Assembly (NCBI GenBank): GCA_002269645.1
Contig: NIVC01000276.1
Location: 124,001 to 188,000, forward strand
Length of the DNA: 64,000 bases
Direction of reading: 5' to 3'
Source: Macrostomum lignano
Taxonomy: Eukaryota
Shown: piece after piece, positions 57,601 through 64,000 of the stretch
Layout of the letters: each line of letters begins with the position of its first letter
Numbering within the stretch: the stretch's first letter is position 1
The notes under the pieces: generated by a model
What the model saw: only the letters and a program-made list of their open reading frames with translations
Told to the model about the DNA's origin: nothing
Database searches by the model: none
Program-made: the position numbers and the translations under genes

Positions 57601-60600
57601 TGAGCTGGATCGGCGCGTGACCATAGACAATATTGCTGAAAAAGTGGGCATTGCTCATGGCAGTGCTCACTCCATTGTGATGGACTATCTTGGTCTGAGC
57701 AAGCTGAGTGCTTGCTGGGTCCCGCGGCTGTTGCGGCCTGAACACCGGGTTCAATGCACTGAGTGCGCCATCAACCTGCTGAACCGCTTGGACGCTGATT
57801 CAGAAAAAAGTTACCAGCGCTTAGTGACCGGGGATGAAACATGAATATTTCAATACAATCCCGAGTCCAAGGTCCAATCCAAGGAGTGGCTGCCACGAGA
57901 TTCAGCAGGCCCCAAGAAGTTCCATTCGGAACGGTCTGCAGCGAAGGTCTTGGCGACAATTCTCTGGGATGTTGAGGGAGTGGTGACGGTGGACTTCTTG
58001 GAAAGCCAGAAGACCATCAATGCCACCTATTATGAGTCGCTTCTGTAAAAGCTCCGCACCGAACTGGCCAAAAAGCAACATGGCAAGTTGCACCTTGGGA
58101 TTCTCTTTCACCACGACAAAGCACCAGCTCACACTTCTCGGCTCTGCCATGAAGCCCTGCGAGATTTCTGCTGGGAAATCCTCCAGCATCTTCCATATAG
58201 CCCTGGTTTGGCTCTTTCGGACTTTTTTTGCTTCCCAAGCTGAAGGAAGCAATCAAAGGAGTCCAAGATGAGGACAAAGAGGCTGCCAAAAAGGCTACTG
58301 TACAGTGGCTTGCATCACAGCCTCCTGAGTTCTACGCAAACGGCCTGGAGAGATGGCGACACTGCATGGAGAAGTGCCTGACCCTGGAGGGGGACTATGT
58401 TGAAAAGTAGATTTCCATTTAAAGTTTGAGACTCGTGAGAACAAAATTATCATTACTTTTTGACTGACCCTCGTACACAGGGCCTGCAGCAGTGCATAGT
58501 TTGGCTTGCAAAATTGTTCTCAAAACCTGTTGAAACCAGCTCATAGGCTATCAATCGGAATGAGACCACCCTCGTAACCCGCAGCCGGACTCACTGGCCC
58601 AGCTGATGGAGAACGTCAGCGCCTACCTGGAGTGCCTGCCCACCGAGCCGGCCGCCTCGGCCTCCTGGTCCACCCTGCTGGAGCGGGTCGACATCTTCCT
58701 GCGCCGCCTGGCTCCCTGTCTGCCGGTGTCCAGCGCCCAGTTCAACCACGAGTGTGTGTTCCGCATTCTGCACTGCCTGTTCCGCTCGCCCGTGATTAAC
58801 AATCACAAAACTGTGCTGGAGCCAGTTGGCAGGGTGCTGGAATTCTTACTGTGCAACTGCGTCGTGTCCCTGTCTAGCCTGGTTGAGCTCTGCTCAGCCT
58901 GCAATCGGGTCTTCACCAAGGAGCGGGACAAGCAGCACGTGACTAGGACCGCTATTATGCTGCTGGTGCAGGTGAGAGAATTTAAAGAATGTCAAATTCT
59001 ACCCAAATCCACATCCTATGTACTAAAAATAGTTTGTCTCTATCTATCTAGTATGTTCTAAAACTCTGACCCCACTATACGCGCTCCAGATAGCTAAGCC
59101 TCTATCTCCAATGTACACTCTCGATGAACTTCTACCTCATCAATGTACACTCGTTGAAATTCTACCCTCCTTCAATGTACTCTCGTTGAAATTCTACCCT
59201 CTCAATGCACACTATCGATCGATGAACTTCTACCCCTCAATGTACATTCTTGTTAAACTTCTACCCCCTCAATGTACACTCTCGATGAACTTCCATCCCC
59301 TCAATGTACACACTCTCGGCAATCTGCTATGCCTACCCTGCACTACACTCAAAGCTACGCATCCAGCTGCAAACCTTACTGATCAAAATGCCTTTATCAG
59401 GCCCTGAAGTTTCGCTGCAGTCTACCGGACGAGAACTTCCTGCTGCTGGTCCAGCTGGTGCTCATCGACGCTGGCGGCTGCGTCGAGCCCAGCCTCCTAG
59501 CGGAGAGCCTCGGCCAGCAGCTCACCGGCTGCCAGTCGGTCAACACGGGCGCCGCTGAGCTGATGCGATCCAGCCTCACCGACTGCGTCGCCTTCATCGC
59601 CGACCTGCACACGGTGCACAAGCTGAAGTCGCTGAAGACCGGCTTGTCTCTGCACGAGGACACGCTGGGCGCGCACCTGAAAAGCGCCGTCTCGCAGTAC
59701 GCCGTCATTGAATTCGCCCAGGCCCGCATTGGCGAGGGCGGCCGGCAGTGGGCCATCAATAAGTACCTGTCCTGGCTACGGCACCCGCCCGCCACTGTGC
59801 AGCAGGGGTGAGCAATTAGCGCTTTCAGCCTCGCCTAGCTGTCTGATTGGCAATAGTTCACGCCTAGGAGCTAGGCGACAACCAAACAGCAGAAGCCAAT
59901 CACCGCCAACCAATTGAAGAGTTCGCTTTAGCACACTACAGAGAGAGGGAAAGAGAGAGAGAAAGAGAAGGGAGAGAGAGAGAATTAAGTCTAGTGCCTA
60001 AACGCACGAACTCCCACTCCCAGACCTTAAGTCTGGGAACAAAATTCAGTGATCACTTACTGGTACGGGCTCCTCTTCTTTGTCGGGCAGGTTCTCCGAG
60101 CTCGTTTCTTCAAGGCTTCAAAGTCAACTCTATAACAATAACGAGGTCCTCCAGAAAGGGCGTCTTCTTCTAGAAATAACGGAATCAGAGTCTTGTGCCC
60201 CTATCGGTTACTCTAGGGTATCAAAATCAATCAAATCACTAATCCTCTAAGAGTATCGGAATCGGTCCGCAGATCCTATCCAATCCCTTAGGAATAGGGA
60301 GGCCTCAAATTCAATAAACACAGTAATTCAACTGACCAGTAACGGCCGGCAATAACACAGCTCTCAATAATCAAGACTCGAACAAAGGCTTACCGAACGG
60401 TATTTATTTCCCTCAGAGATTTAGCCTCGTTTAGCTGCTCAAGCAAGCTCAAGATCCTTCGAGGCGGCTCCGAGTCTGAGGTTTCAGTTCGGATTTTTCA
60501 CTCGTATTTATACGCAATTTTTGCGAGCCATAAATAGTAACATGACTCATATTTTCGTTATAAATAGTAACATGATTCATTCTCTCGTTATAAATAGTAA

Positions 60601-60926
60601 CATGATTAATAGTTTAAGTTTTGCTGCGCATGTGTGCATTGTTCTACTTACAGTAGCATTCTATAAACCTCTACACAATCACCGCCCACCAATCACCGCC
60701 AACCCCCAGGCCGCGTGAATTCCTGGAATGTCTTGAGCACATCCGCCTGCTCTCCTGGCTGCTCATCGGCGCCATGATGCACACGGCGGTGACGGCCGCC
60801 AACGATTCCAGCGACTCCGGCGGCAGCCTCTGCCAGCCAATCCCGCTGGACGCCAGCACCTACGTGGCTGAGCACGTCATGGTGATCATGACAGGCTACG
60901 CTGAGCACTCTAAAGGCAGCACCCAC
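1994..60926 (+). CDS. unc-79: Multi-exon gene for protein unc-79 homolog (NALCN channel complex scaffold); 27 core exons, ~2,373 codons, 3' end outside window
   Basis: Spliced translation carries motifs I recall from UNC79: DIANTLKxFSQTLL, MLFHYWP, RVGGYW, WLEAIRTEVP, WRTRFDAVEKV, LSLEAQL, AKQFLRCxFHQLAPNG, FTKERDK, HEDTxGxHLK, HIRLLSWLL. All exon phases chain without conflict when the exon 11 consensus of the two copies is used. Confidence 0.95.
2868..3005. repeat. Degenerate ~20-nt tandem repeat (ccctagatagcaagca-like)
   Basis: About 7 diverged units in intron 1. Confidence 0.6.
4139..4259 (+). CDS. unc-79: unc-79 exon 2
   Basis: tgtag|TT...CTT GG|gtaaga; AAKIKILRDYQAKLSNAVSPPPPGSDIANTLKNFSQTLLG. 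Confidence 0.9.
4326..5940. repeat. 29-30-nt minisatellite gatccttcagt(a/g)agctgctacccctccct, ~55 copies
   Basis: Direct inspection; fills intron 2. Confidence 0.97.
6025..6359 (+). CDS. unc-79: unc-79 exon 3
   Basis: ctcag|C...CTG C|gtgagt; FLKDCPALD...FPNLCYSELYYAVIYLLD...LPFLPQQLCRTLVDCLTNVMFPLIL. Confidence 0.9.
6325..6413 (+). repeat. Duplication of the exon 3 end plus donor (41 nt, 48-nt period)
   Basis: ctgtctcaccaatgtcatgttcccgcttatcctgcgtgagt at 6325-6365 and 6373-6413. Confidence 0.95.
6470..9425. repeat. 31-nt minisatellite gatggacaagatgagtttgaagacaggcagt, ~95 copies
   Basis: Direct inspection; source of the 670-880 aa - strand ORFs. Confidence 0.97.
9614..9697 (+). CDS. unc-79: unc-79 exon 4
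   Basis: ccag|GC...CCG G|gtgagt; WSEELESYATESLPAILTMVFQYVEKP. Confidence 0.85.
9772..10175 (+). CDS. unc-79: unc-79 exon 5 (ends at a GC donor)
   Basis: tgcag|AG...ATG AAG|gcaagc; LHSQVVECLMGLKRDL...PAVTMLFHYWP...PPFYLCLDC...LIDVLGPMK. Confidence 0.9.
10298..10680. repeat. 26-nt minisatellite gatgaaggatgctgaggctaaatgtt
   Basis: About 14 copies. Confidence 0.95.
10705..12510. repeat. 20-nt minisatellite gatagatgaggctacagc(c/t)t with a 546-bp higher-order duplication
   Basis: About 90 copies; rare variants recur 546 bp apart. Confidence 0.97.
12530..12964 (+). CDS. unc-79: unc-79 exon 6
   Basis: ctcag|GCC...AGT ATT|gtgagt; ALPLACESKTC...TCFSAECAHLSGGRPIRLCEECH...ESIVSLILEA...EKCKPRETVSI; 435 nt, phase 0-0. 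Confidence 0.9.
12965..13527. repeat. 22-nt minisatellite gtgtctgtgcatctatctcaca
   Basis: Starts at the exon 6 donor and fills intron 6. Confidence 0.95.
13550..13622 (+). CDS. unc-79: unc-79 exon 7
   Basis: ctgcag|GAG...AAA G|gtgagg; EILGRILAALFLWFDNTKLAEDSK. Confidence 0.88.
14051..14667. repeat. 18-nt minisatellite atcagaacccctgcccca
   Basis: About 34 copies. Confidence 0.97.
15420..15860. repeat. 85-nt tandem repeat, ~5 copies
   Basis: ggcaaatcag recurs at 15508, 15593, 15678 (85-nt period). Confidence 0.95.
16800..16990. repeat. Degenerate ~30-nt repeat (ccccaatgtacac core)
   Basis: About 6 diverged units. Confidence 0.7.
19157..19231 (+). CDS. Candidate unc-79 cassette exon (75 nt, or 42 nt from acceptor 19189), phase 1-1
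   Basis: Pyrimidine-rich ...ctccctccgcacatttcgcag| and CTG|gtaagc; GVVPIISGASLDFDPPPQPSPKKAT; phase matches host intron 7. Confidence 0.5.
20392..20838. repeat. 23-24-nt minisatellite catagtccatgtcaggctggatgg
   Basis: About 19 copies. Confidence 0.95.
21637..21911. repeat. 22-nt minisatellite gcagagcagagtcactcagatt
   Basis: About 12 copies. Confidence 0.95.
22686..22723 (+). CDS. unc-79: unc-79 exon 8 (38 nt)
   Basis: ttttcag|AC...GAG|gtgggt; DRLQDTLESIKSE; supplies the required phase 1 to phase 0 link. Confidence 0.8.
22755..23740. repeat. 19-nt minisatellite family (tcagtgccttcctagagaa and variants) with 57-nt higher-order unit; copy B at 29595-29790
   Basis: Direct inspection. Confidence 0.95.
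23885..23988 (+). CDS. unc-79: unc-79 exon 9, copy A
   Basis: tttcag|TAC...TG|gtgggt; YVTKWLNEVYRLHLEIVLSVLLPHPPDYARVGGYW. Confidence 0.88.
24056..24412. repeat. 19-nt minisatellite cctccatgcagccacccca; shorter copy B at 30105-30348
   Basis: Direct inspection. Confidence 0.95.
24592..24877 (+). CDS. unc-79: unc-79 exon 10, copy A
   Basis: tttcag|G...CAG|gtgcga; NLSSSRTDIIQEGLGRLL...WLEAIRTEVP...AERFDQTTVAVQDQ. Confidence 0.9.
24925..25735. repeat. 26-27-nt minisatellite catcggacatcctgatcccgaatctc; copy B at 30878-31525
   Basis: Direct inspection. Confidence 0.95.
25781..26771 (+). CDS. unc-79: unc-79 exon 11, copy A (991 nt; 5 nt short of a 996-nt consensus, apparent frameshifts)
   Basis: ctcag|GTG...AAG|gtgagc; VLSWLRILTDL...LPCFIEMLRISLQHL...CQFCRECRQW...HLRLVRALLK, reading frame broken by small deletions relative to copy B. 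Confidence 0.85.
26982..27130 (+). CDS. unc-79: unc-79 exon 12, copy A
   Basis: ttcag|GAA...AC|gtgagt; ELESHTDMEVTLSILSSLSYLCLHCHALYKAQEENKDFVQFVLKYQFIPT. Confidence 0.88.
27223..27388 (+). CDS. unc-79: unc-79 exon 13, copy A
   Basis: acag|G...AAG|gtgcct; LWKLLKAENSALAGGLVSLLLHCLALHSGAEVFW...SWRTRFDAVEK. Confidence 0.9.
27518..28330. repeat. 15-nt minisatellite tctctgatctgtgcc; copy B at 33305-34025
   Basis: Direct inspection. Confidence 0.95.
28489..28594 (+). CDS. unc-79: unc-79 exon 14, copy A (truncated by gap)
   Basis: cccag|GTG ACC GTG ATC TGC...CTT GAT G then N run. Confidence 0.85.
28595..29594. other. Assembly gap (1,000 N)
   Basis: Exactly 1,000 N; round number suggests a nominal scaffold spacer. 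Confidence 0.99.
29934..30037 (+). CDS. unc-79: unc-79 exon 9, copy B
   Basis: Same 104-nt exon and splice sites as 23885-23988. Confidence 0.88.
30546..30831 (+). CDS. unc-79: unc-79 exon 10, copy B
   Basis: 286 nt; differs from copy A by synonymous CTG/CTA. Confidence 0.9.
31572..32565 (+). CDS. unc-79: unc-79 exon 11, copy B (994 nt; 2 nt short of consensus)
   Basis: Two single-base deletions at positions different from those in copy A; the merged consensus is 996 nt and open. Confidence 0.85.
32776..32924 (+). CDS. unc-79: unc-79 exon 12, copy B
   Basis: 149 nt, same splice sites as copy A. Confidence 0.88.
33017..33182 (+). CDS. unc-79: unc-79 exon 13, copy B
   Basis: 166 nt; three synonymous differences from copy A. 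Confidence 0.9.
34186..34561 (+). CDS. unc-79: unc-79 exon 14, copy B (complete)
   Basis: cccag|GTG...ACT G|gtgagg; VTVICRE...SLAHAFSNLIGSLDDINTAVAQRA...LTWDFFMARFDALSLEAQLDL. Confidence 0.92.
34592..34810. repeat. 17-nt purine-rich minisatellite gaagggagggtagaggt
   Basis: About 13 copies in intron 14. Confidence 0.95.
34860..35057 (+). CDS. unc-79: unc-79 exon 15
   Basis: cgcag|AC...AAA G|gtgagg; ISGNSNRDSEAFMRKYNRARFAVARTDSVRS...RRACSVPMHLL. Confidence 0.88.
35886..36068 (+). CDS. Candidate unc-79 cassette exon (183 nt, Q/A-rich), phase 1-1
   Basis: tcgcag|AG...ATT A|gtaatt, stop-free: ENFDQEPQQQHQQQDRQEHLLMTLVDEAAAAAAAAAVGC...RCFTASHLRPI. Confidence 0.5.
37178..37225 (+). CDS. Candidate unc-79 cassette exon (48 nt), phase 1-1
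   Basis: ctctgcttcccctgctcatgaatgcag|AC...GTG T|gtaagt; DSIQTKQLLLPLWPHV. Confidence 0.5.
38080..38705. repeat. 97-nt tandem repeat, ~6 copies
   Basis: ccttaaaatg recurs at 38178, 38275, 38372, 38469, 38566. Confidence 0.95.
40708..40902 (+). CDS. Candidate unc-79 cassette exon (195 nt), phase 1-1
   Basis: GC-rich stop-free island; weak sites acattag| and GGA G|gtttct; VSWSLGVLPNPSELIM...LLASLQQQHPEQPHQ...SEVG. Confidence 0.33.
42049..42159 (+). CDS. unc-79: unc-79 exon 16 (111 nt, symmetric phase 1-1, possibly cassette)
   Basis: Branch-like gactaac at ~42009, ctgcag|AC...TCC G|gtgagt; VPKDKQYSRQASAPLFSVGRRKSKNALGAISSFVLS; SRQxSAP resembles a UNC79 loop motif (recall). Confidence 0.72.
42284..43010. 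repeat. 21-nt minisatellite attgattctcgttcattgctc
   Basis: About 35 copies. Confidence 0.95.
43419..43454 (+). CDS. Candidate unc-79 microexon (36 nt), phase 1-1
   Basis: tctcattttcccccggtcgaacccag|AG...CAG G|gtaaat; EPGRPQGANKQQ. Confidence 0.5.
43722..44414. mobile_element. Non-autonomous TIR DNA element (693 bp) with 8-bp TSD; P or hAT superfamily candidate
   Basis: Perfect 27-bp TIR cacagaatacaccagaatgctcaatca (43722-43748; 44388-44414) flanked by direct repeat gtttacat (43714-43721; 44415-44422). Confidence 0.85.
45122..45386 (+). CDS. unc-79: unc-79 exon 17
   Basis: cgcag|GC...CTT AG|gtgcgt; GQFREFTDEES...DRETLHQLVALLLHFMA...RHLNTLLGYNQADKTFSVPPYKLR. Confidence 0.9.
45410..46125. repeat. 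27-nt minisatellite ctagatgacaatcgcccctgaaccgcc
   Basis: About 26 copies; fills intron 17. Confidence 0.95.
46172..46397 (+). CDS. unc-79: unc-79 exon 18
   Basis: ctcaag|G...AAG|gtaggc; SLTVFHAFIGGISPVLDCNF...HWLNALLIILYK. Confidence 0.9.
46611..46758 (+). CDS. unc-79: unc-79 exon 19
   Basis: cgcag|TAC...CGG G|gtgagt; YQYNSPNFASIMEVLVKIAINTIDAQVHVCKE. Confidence 0.88.
46941..47175 (+). mobile_element. tRNA-derived SINE-like element
   Basis: ggggttgtagcctagtggttagagcgtcggactc (A box tagcctagtgg) and B box ggttcgattc (46989-46998); anticodon/variable region shortened; followed by ttcacccagctgtaaat, resembling conserved metazoan SINE central domains (recall). Confidence 0.5.
47220..47685. repeat. 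G-rich ~15-nt minisatellite (tggggtagggttgg)
   Basis: Dense G3-G5 runs on the + strand. Confidence 0.92.
48312..48338 (+). CDS. Candidate unc-79 microexon (27 nt), phase 1-1
   Basis: Branch point actaac, then actcgcttttttag|GC TCG GAG AAG CTG GAT AAA CCC AAA G|gttggt; GSEKLDKPK. Confidence 0.55.
50812..50945 (+). CDS. unc-79: unc-79 exon 20
   Basis: ctgcag|AC...AAG|gtgcga; ASTVSIGDIDTIQENESPTLSPLTEAPTF...PPFYK; a second in-phase acceptor 12 nt downstream is possible. Confidence 0.75.
50960..51230. repeat. 17-nt repeat agcaaccaactagccat decaying into ccatagcaac/ccatggcaac units
   Basis: Direct inspection; intron 20. Confidence 0.88.
51344..51544 (+). CDS. unc-79: unc-79 exon 21 (disordered region)
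   Basis: cgccag|CCG...AGG|gtgagg; PRTKPDADGSDLKFASPVTRMRNRNKSGGRPLFDIQ...; phase 0-0 fits neighbours. Confidence 0.72.
51566..53035. repeat. G-rich 24-25-nt minisatellite gggtgggtggggcttacagtgtgg with a 778-bp higher-order duplication
   Basis: Rare variants recur 778 bp apart (52063 and 52841). Confidence 0.95.
53109..53809 (+). CDS. unc-79: unc-79 exon 22 (Gly/Ser-rich disordered region)
   Basis: cgcag|GAG...AG|gtgagt; ends PQFRQKKARKTGLSTIEMQKL, similar to the UNC79 PRQRKQRKIAVSAIQ motif (recall). Confidence 0.82.
54160..54680. repeat. (AATC)n/(ATCT)n compound microsatellite
   Basis: Direct inspection. Confidence 0.97.
54721..54810 (+). CDS. Candidate unc-79 cassette exon (90 nt), phase 2-2
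   Basis: GC-rich island after the AATC microsatellite; gacag|C...AAA AG|gttctc; SCEYGIAALLNGLEILSVCEGVSSRKRRRKR; phase matches host intron 22; donor weak. Confidence 0.35.
55660..56330. repeat. ~26-nt palindromic minisatellite (tagcaacggttgcta core) containing X-box-like motifs
   Basis: 7-1-7 inverted repeat per unit; GTTGCTATAGCAAC at 55723 and GTTGCTATARAAAC at 55879, 56043, 56069, 56121, 56147, 56173. Confidence 0.9.
56489..56901 (+). CDS. unc-79: unc-79 exon 23
   Basis: cccag|G...GAG T|gtgagt; RCQFCNAIIEQYDEDTISLAIVCL...VAKQFLRCSFHQLAPNGLFVQLFQTKIE. Confidence 0.92.
56983..57098 (+). CDS. unc-79: unc-79 exon 24
   Basis: ttttag|AC...CAG|gtgaga; YEGFFKCMVAVLVDFQEMNCFRPLEMLLEALNERKSLPQ. 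Confidence 0.88.
57175..58473 (+). mobile_element. Full-length Tc1/mariner (mariner-type) DNA transposon, 1,299 bp
   Basis: Perfect 34-bp TIRs cgagggtcagtcaaaaagtaatgataattttgtt (57175-57208; 58440-58473) flanked by TA on both sides. Confidence 0.95.
57356..58410 (+). pseudogene. Inactivated mariner transposase
   Basis: MENSKIEARTNVKFLV*... with HTH region, WVPRLL, TGDET*, HHDKAPAH, YSPGLALSDF motifs; three in-frame stops and a frameshift near 58230. Confidence 0.92.
58585..58971 (+). CDS. unc-79: unc-79 exon 25
   Basis: cgcag|CCG...CAG|gtgaga; LMENVSAYLECLP...LVELCSACNRVFTKERDK...LLVQ. Confidence 0.92.
59110..59310. repeat. Degenerate ~31-nt repeat aatgtacactctcgatgaacttctacccctc
   Basis: About 6 units in intron 25. 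Confidence 0.8.
59401..59807 (+). CDS. unc-79: unc-79 exon 26
   Basis: atcag|GCC...GG|gtgagc; ALKFRCSLPDENFLLLVQ...ADLHTVHKLKS...HEDTLGAHLK...YLSWLRHPPATVQQG. Confidence 0.92.
59960..60652 (-). mobile_element. LTR-like fragment (possible solo LTR)
   Basis: On the - strand begins TGTAAG (60652), has TATAAATA (60512-60505) then AATAAA (60408-60403); left boundary and TSD not established. Confidence 0.28.
60710..60926 (+). CDS. unc-79: unc-79 exon 27 (last core exon in window)
   Basis: cccag|G...CAC|gtgagt; PREFLECLEHIRLLSWLLIG...PIPLDASTYVAEHVMVIMTGYAEHSK. Confidence 0.9.
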
Positions 60927-61344
60927 GTGAGTCCCGGGCTCGCTTCTTTTGATGCCCTAAAACTTCAGTATTTTCAAACATCGGATGTTTCCGCATGCAG
61001 CTGCCTTCCCCTGTAGTCCTCTTCCTCCTGACTACCCCCTTTGTGTGGGAAGTTTATCCCACAATCGAATTTTAATACAAGTATGTAGAGAAGTGTGATA
61101 AATTATTTTGTACAAAACTTATTTCATAAATTAATTTTAGCGAACCCACAGAACTGTGTTTGCTTTCTGCAGATTGCCACTCCCAATAGAACTCCAGTAG
61201 CCTCCTTTGGCACTGTTCCTTTATTTCACCTGCTGTCGTTTTACTATGAAGGCGCACCTTTGAGGATATTTTTGTTCACCTTTTCCGAGGTACGTGTACC
61301 TGTACTGGGAATCAGCTGAAGAAGCAAACGATTGGGATGATTCT

Positions 61345-62272
61345 GTATCCCATCCGGTATCCCATCCGGTATCCCATCCGGTATCCCATCCGGTATCCCA
61401 TCCGGTATCCCATCCGGTATCCCATCCGGTATCCCATCCGGTATCCCATCCGGTATCCCATCCGGTATCCCATCCGGTATCCCATCCGGTATCCCATCCG
61501 GTATCCCATCCGGTATCCCATCCGGTATCCCATCCGGTATCCCATCCGGTATCCCATCCGGTATCCCATCCGGTATCCCATCCGGTATCCCATCCGGTAT
61601 CCCATCCGGTATCCCATCCGGTATCCCATCCGGTATCCCATCCGGTATCCCATCCGGTATCCCATCCGGTATCCCATCCGGTATCCCATCCGGTATCCCA
61701 TCCGGTATCCCATCCGGTATCCCATCCGGTATCCCATCCGGTATCCCATCCGGTATCCCATCCGGTATCCCATCCGGTATCCCATCCGGTATCCCATCCG
61801 GTATCCCATCCGGTATCCCATCCGGTATCCCATCCGGTATCCCATCCGGTATCCCATCCGGTATCCCATCCGGTATCCCATCCGGTATCCCATCCGGTAT
61901 CCCATCCGGTATCCCATCCGGTATCCCATCCGGTATCCCATCCGGTATCCCATCCGGTATCCCATCCGGTATCCCATCCGGTATCCCATCCGGTATCCCA
62001 TCCGGTATCCCATCCGGTATCCCATCCGGTATCCCATCCGGTATCCCATCCGGTATCCCATCCGGTATCCCATCCGGTATCCCATCCGGTATCCCATCCG
62101 GTATCCCATCCGGTATCCCATCCGGTATCCCATCCGGTATCCCATCCGGTATCCCATCCGGTATCCCATCCGGTATCCCATCCGGTATCCCATCCGGTAT
62201 CCCATCCGGTATCCCATCCGGTATCCCATCCGGTATTTCATCCGGTATCCCATCCGGTATCCCATCCGGTAT
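61345..62272. repeat. Near-perfect 12-nt satellite gtatcccatccg, ~77 copies
   Basis: Only one variant unit (62233-62244). Confidence 0.99.
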
Positions 62273-63719
62273 AATTTTCAATTGCTGGTTGTGTTCTAAT
62301 TTTCGCACTCAATTTTTCATTGGCAAGATTTAATTTATATAAATTTAACAAATGTGCAAATAACCTACAACTTTGCCCCGTACATGTATATAATGTTATA
62401 ATTTTACTCTTTAATTAGCCACAATGCTGTTAATTAAATTTTATTTTGCTTTCCCATATCGAATGCTAGTTTTTGCATTGAATAAAATAGCTTTTATATT
62501 TATTAATTGTACTTTAATAAAAATTTCCGTGCCGTCCTTGAGCCGCTACTCTGCCTACTCATCTGCTCAGCAGCGGGTAAATCCTGTTCAGGGTTCGTCT
62601 CCCGTGTTTGGCCACGTCAATTTGTGGCTTGACATGCAATTTTTGCCGATTCGTGCCAGCCCAGAGGGTGTACATGCCTGACGACTGGGAGGAAGTCGGG
62701 GCCGCTGTGCATCCTCAGGCTGCTTGCCTTCACGCTGGCTGCGTGTGACTGTTGCCTCAGTTTGCGAGAGTTGCCCGCGGGACAACTGTTGTTGCTGAGC
62801 AATGAGTAGCCAAATAATCCAGCTGTAGATCAGCCTGACACCTTCGCATCCTCGCTCACCGTTAATTGCATTGTCCCCCCCCCGACCGAATCCGCCGCTG
62901 TTGCTGTGCGTTTTTTTAGATCCACCTGGCGCACAGCCACAGCCCGCACCTGCCCAACCATCACCACTCTAGCAAGAAGGACAAGTCCCTCGCCAATAAC
63001 ATTGTGCGCTGCCGCAGCTGCCTTTTCCGTTTAAATTTTTTATTTATTTTAGTTCTTCGGTTTTTAACACCTGAAACGTGTGCCTATTTATTAGAACTTC
63101 ATTCGTCAGAAAATTACTTCTCACCGTTTGTGTCTTCTTTCTGATTAAGTTTATCTATTATTATAATTCTCACACTCTGACTGCAGATGCTAAAATACCT
63201 GGATACGGGTATAGACTGTATAGCTTACTCCGTTTATATGCTATTAGGCTACTTTTGATTCAGTAGTATTATTTTCTTATTTAAACCGCGGGGAAAGTAA
63301 CGAGGCAAGACAAGGGATGGCGCGAAACGGAACCTCCGCAGGTCGAAAAACAAAGGCAGCCGATGAATTATTTATTTCTTGCGAAAGATTTAATAGCCGA
63401 ATGAGAAAAAAAAGCTAAAAAAATCTGAGCAAACACGAACGCACGGCGAACAAGCGGAGGACCGGACTAAATAGAAATCAAGCTAGCACCCCCGCGACCC
63501 CCCGCCCCCCGCAGCACACGCCACCCCGCACGCACCCGCCCCAGCCAAGCGAGCCCCTCCCCCCGCAGTTTAAACGCCCTTACCACCAACACAGTGGCAA
63601 GGGTAACAAAATTTCTTATAACGCTCTTATTATCTTGCCGCTTCTCTGGGAGGGGTTAAGTCACCATGTACACCGTCTGCCTTGTCAGCAAGTGTACATT
63701 ATTCCGGCACTGATAACTG

Positions 63720-64000
63720 TATTTCTTTACTGGGTCACGTGATTCATTCTGGCACTCCAGTCTGTGCAGCCACTTTATGAGGGGGTAATGAATTCATTTG
63801 ATAAGTTCTTTACTGGGTCACGTGATTCATTCTGGCACTCCAGTCTGTGCAGCCACTTTATGAGGGGGTAATGAATTCATTTGATAAGTTCTTTACTGGG
63901 TCACGTGATTCATTCTGGCACTCCAGTCTGTGCAGCCACTTTATGAGGGGGTAATGAATTAATTTGATAAGTTCTTTACTGGGTCACGTGATTCATTCTA
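63720..64000. repeat. 83-nt tandem repeat (each unit contains tcacgtga), runs off window
   Basis: ctgggtcacg recurs at 63730, 63813, 63896. Confidence 0.95.

Noticed and set aside
61244-62308. Six-frame ORFs (IPDG, HPVS, GYRM, YPIR repeats)
   Set aside because: Artefact of a stop-free 12-nt unit.

Overview
Eukaryotic (animal) genomic DNA, not prokaryotic. Almost the whole window is one + strand multi-exon gene whose translation I recognise as UNC-79, the large scaffold subunit of the NALCN/NCA sodium-leak channel complex. I chained 27 core exons (1994-60926, about 2,373 codons) with consistent splice phases; one intron is GC-AG and the C-terminus lies beyond the window. A divergently oriented candidate gene occupies the first ~1 kb on the - strand. 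Nearly every long intron is inflated by its own private minisatellite, and these arrays explain almost all the long ORFs in the supplied track. Exons 9-14 occur twice on either side of a 1,000-N gap; the copies carry complementary indels and only synonymous clear substitutions, so they are most likely two haplotypes joined by the assembler. The long introns hide a series of frame-preserving, phase-matched candidate cassette exons and microexons (6-195 nt). Also present: a full-length but inactivated mariner (34-bp TIR, TA TSD), a 693-bp non-autonomous TIR element with an 8-bp TSD, a tRNA-derived SINE-like element and an array of RFX X-box-like palindromes. GC-rich exons with satellite-stuffed introns suggest a Macrostomum-like flatworm, but that is inference only. 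Homology statements rest on my recall of UNC79 sequences and need BLAST confirmation.
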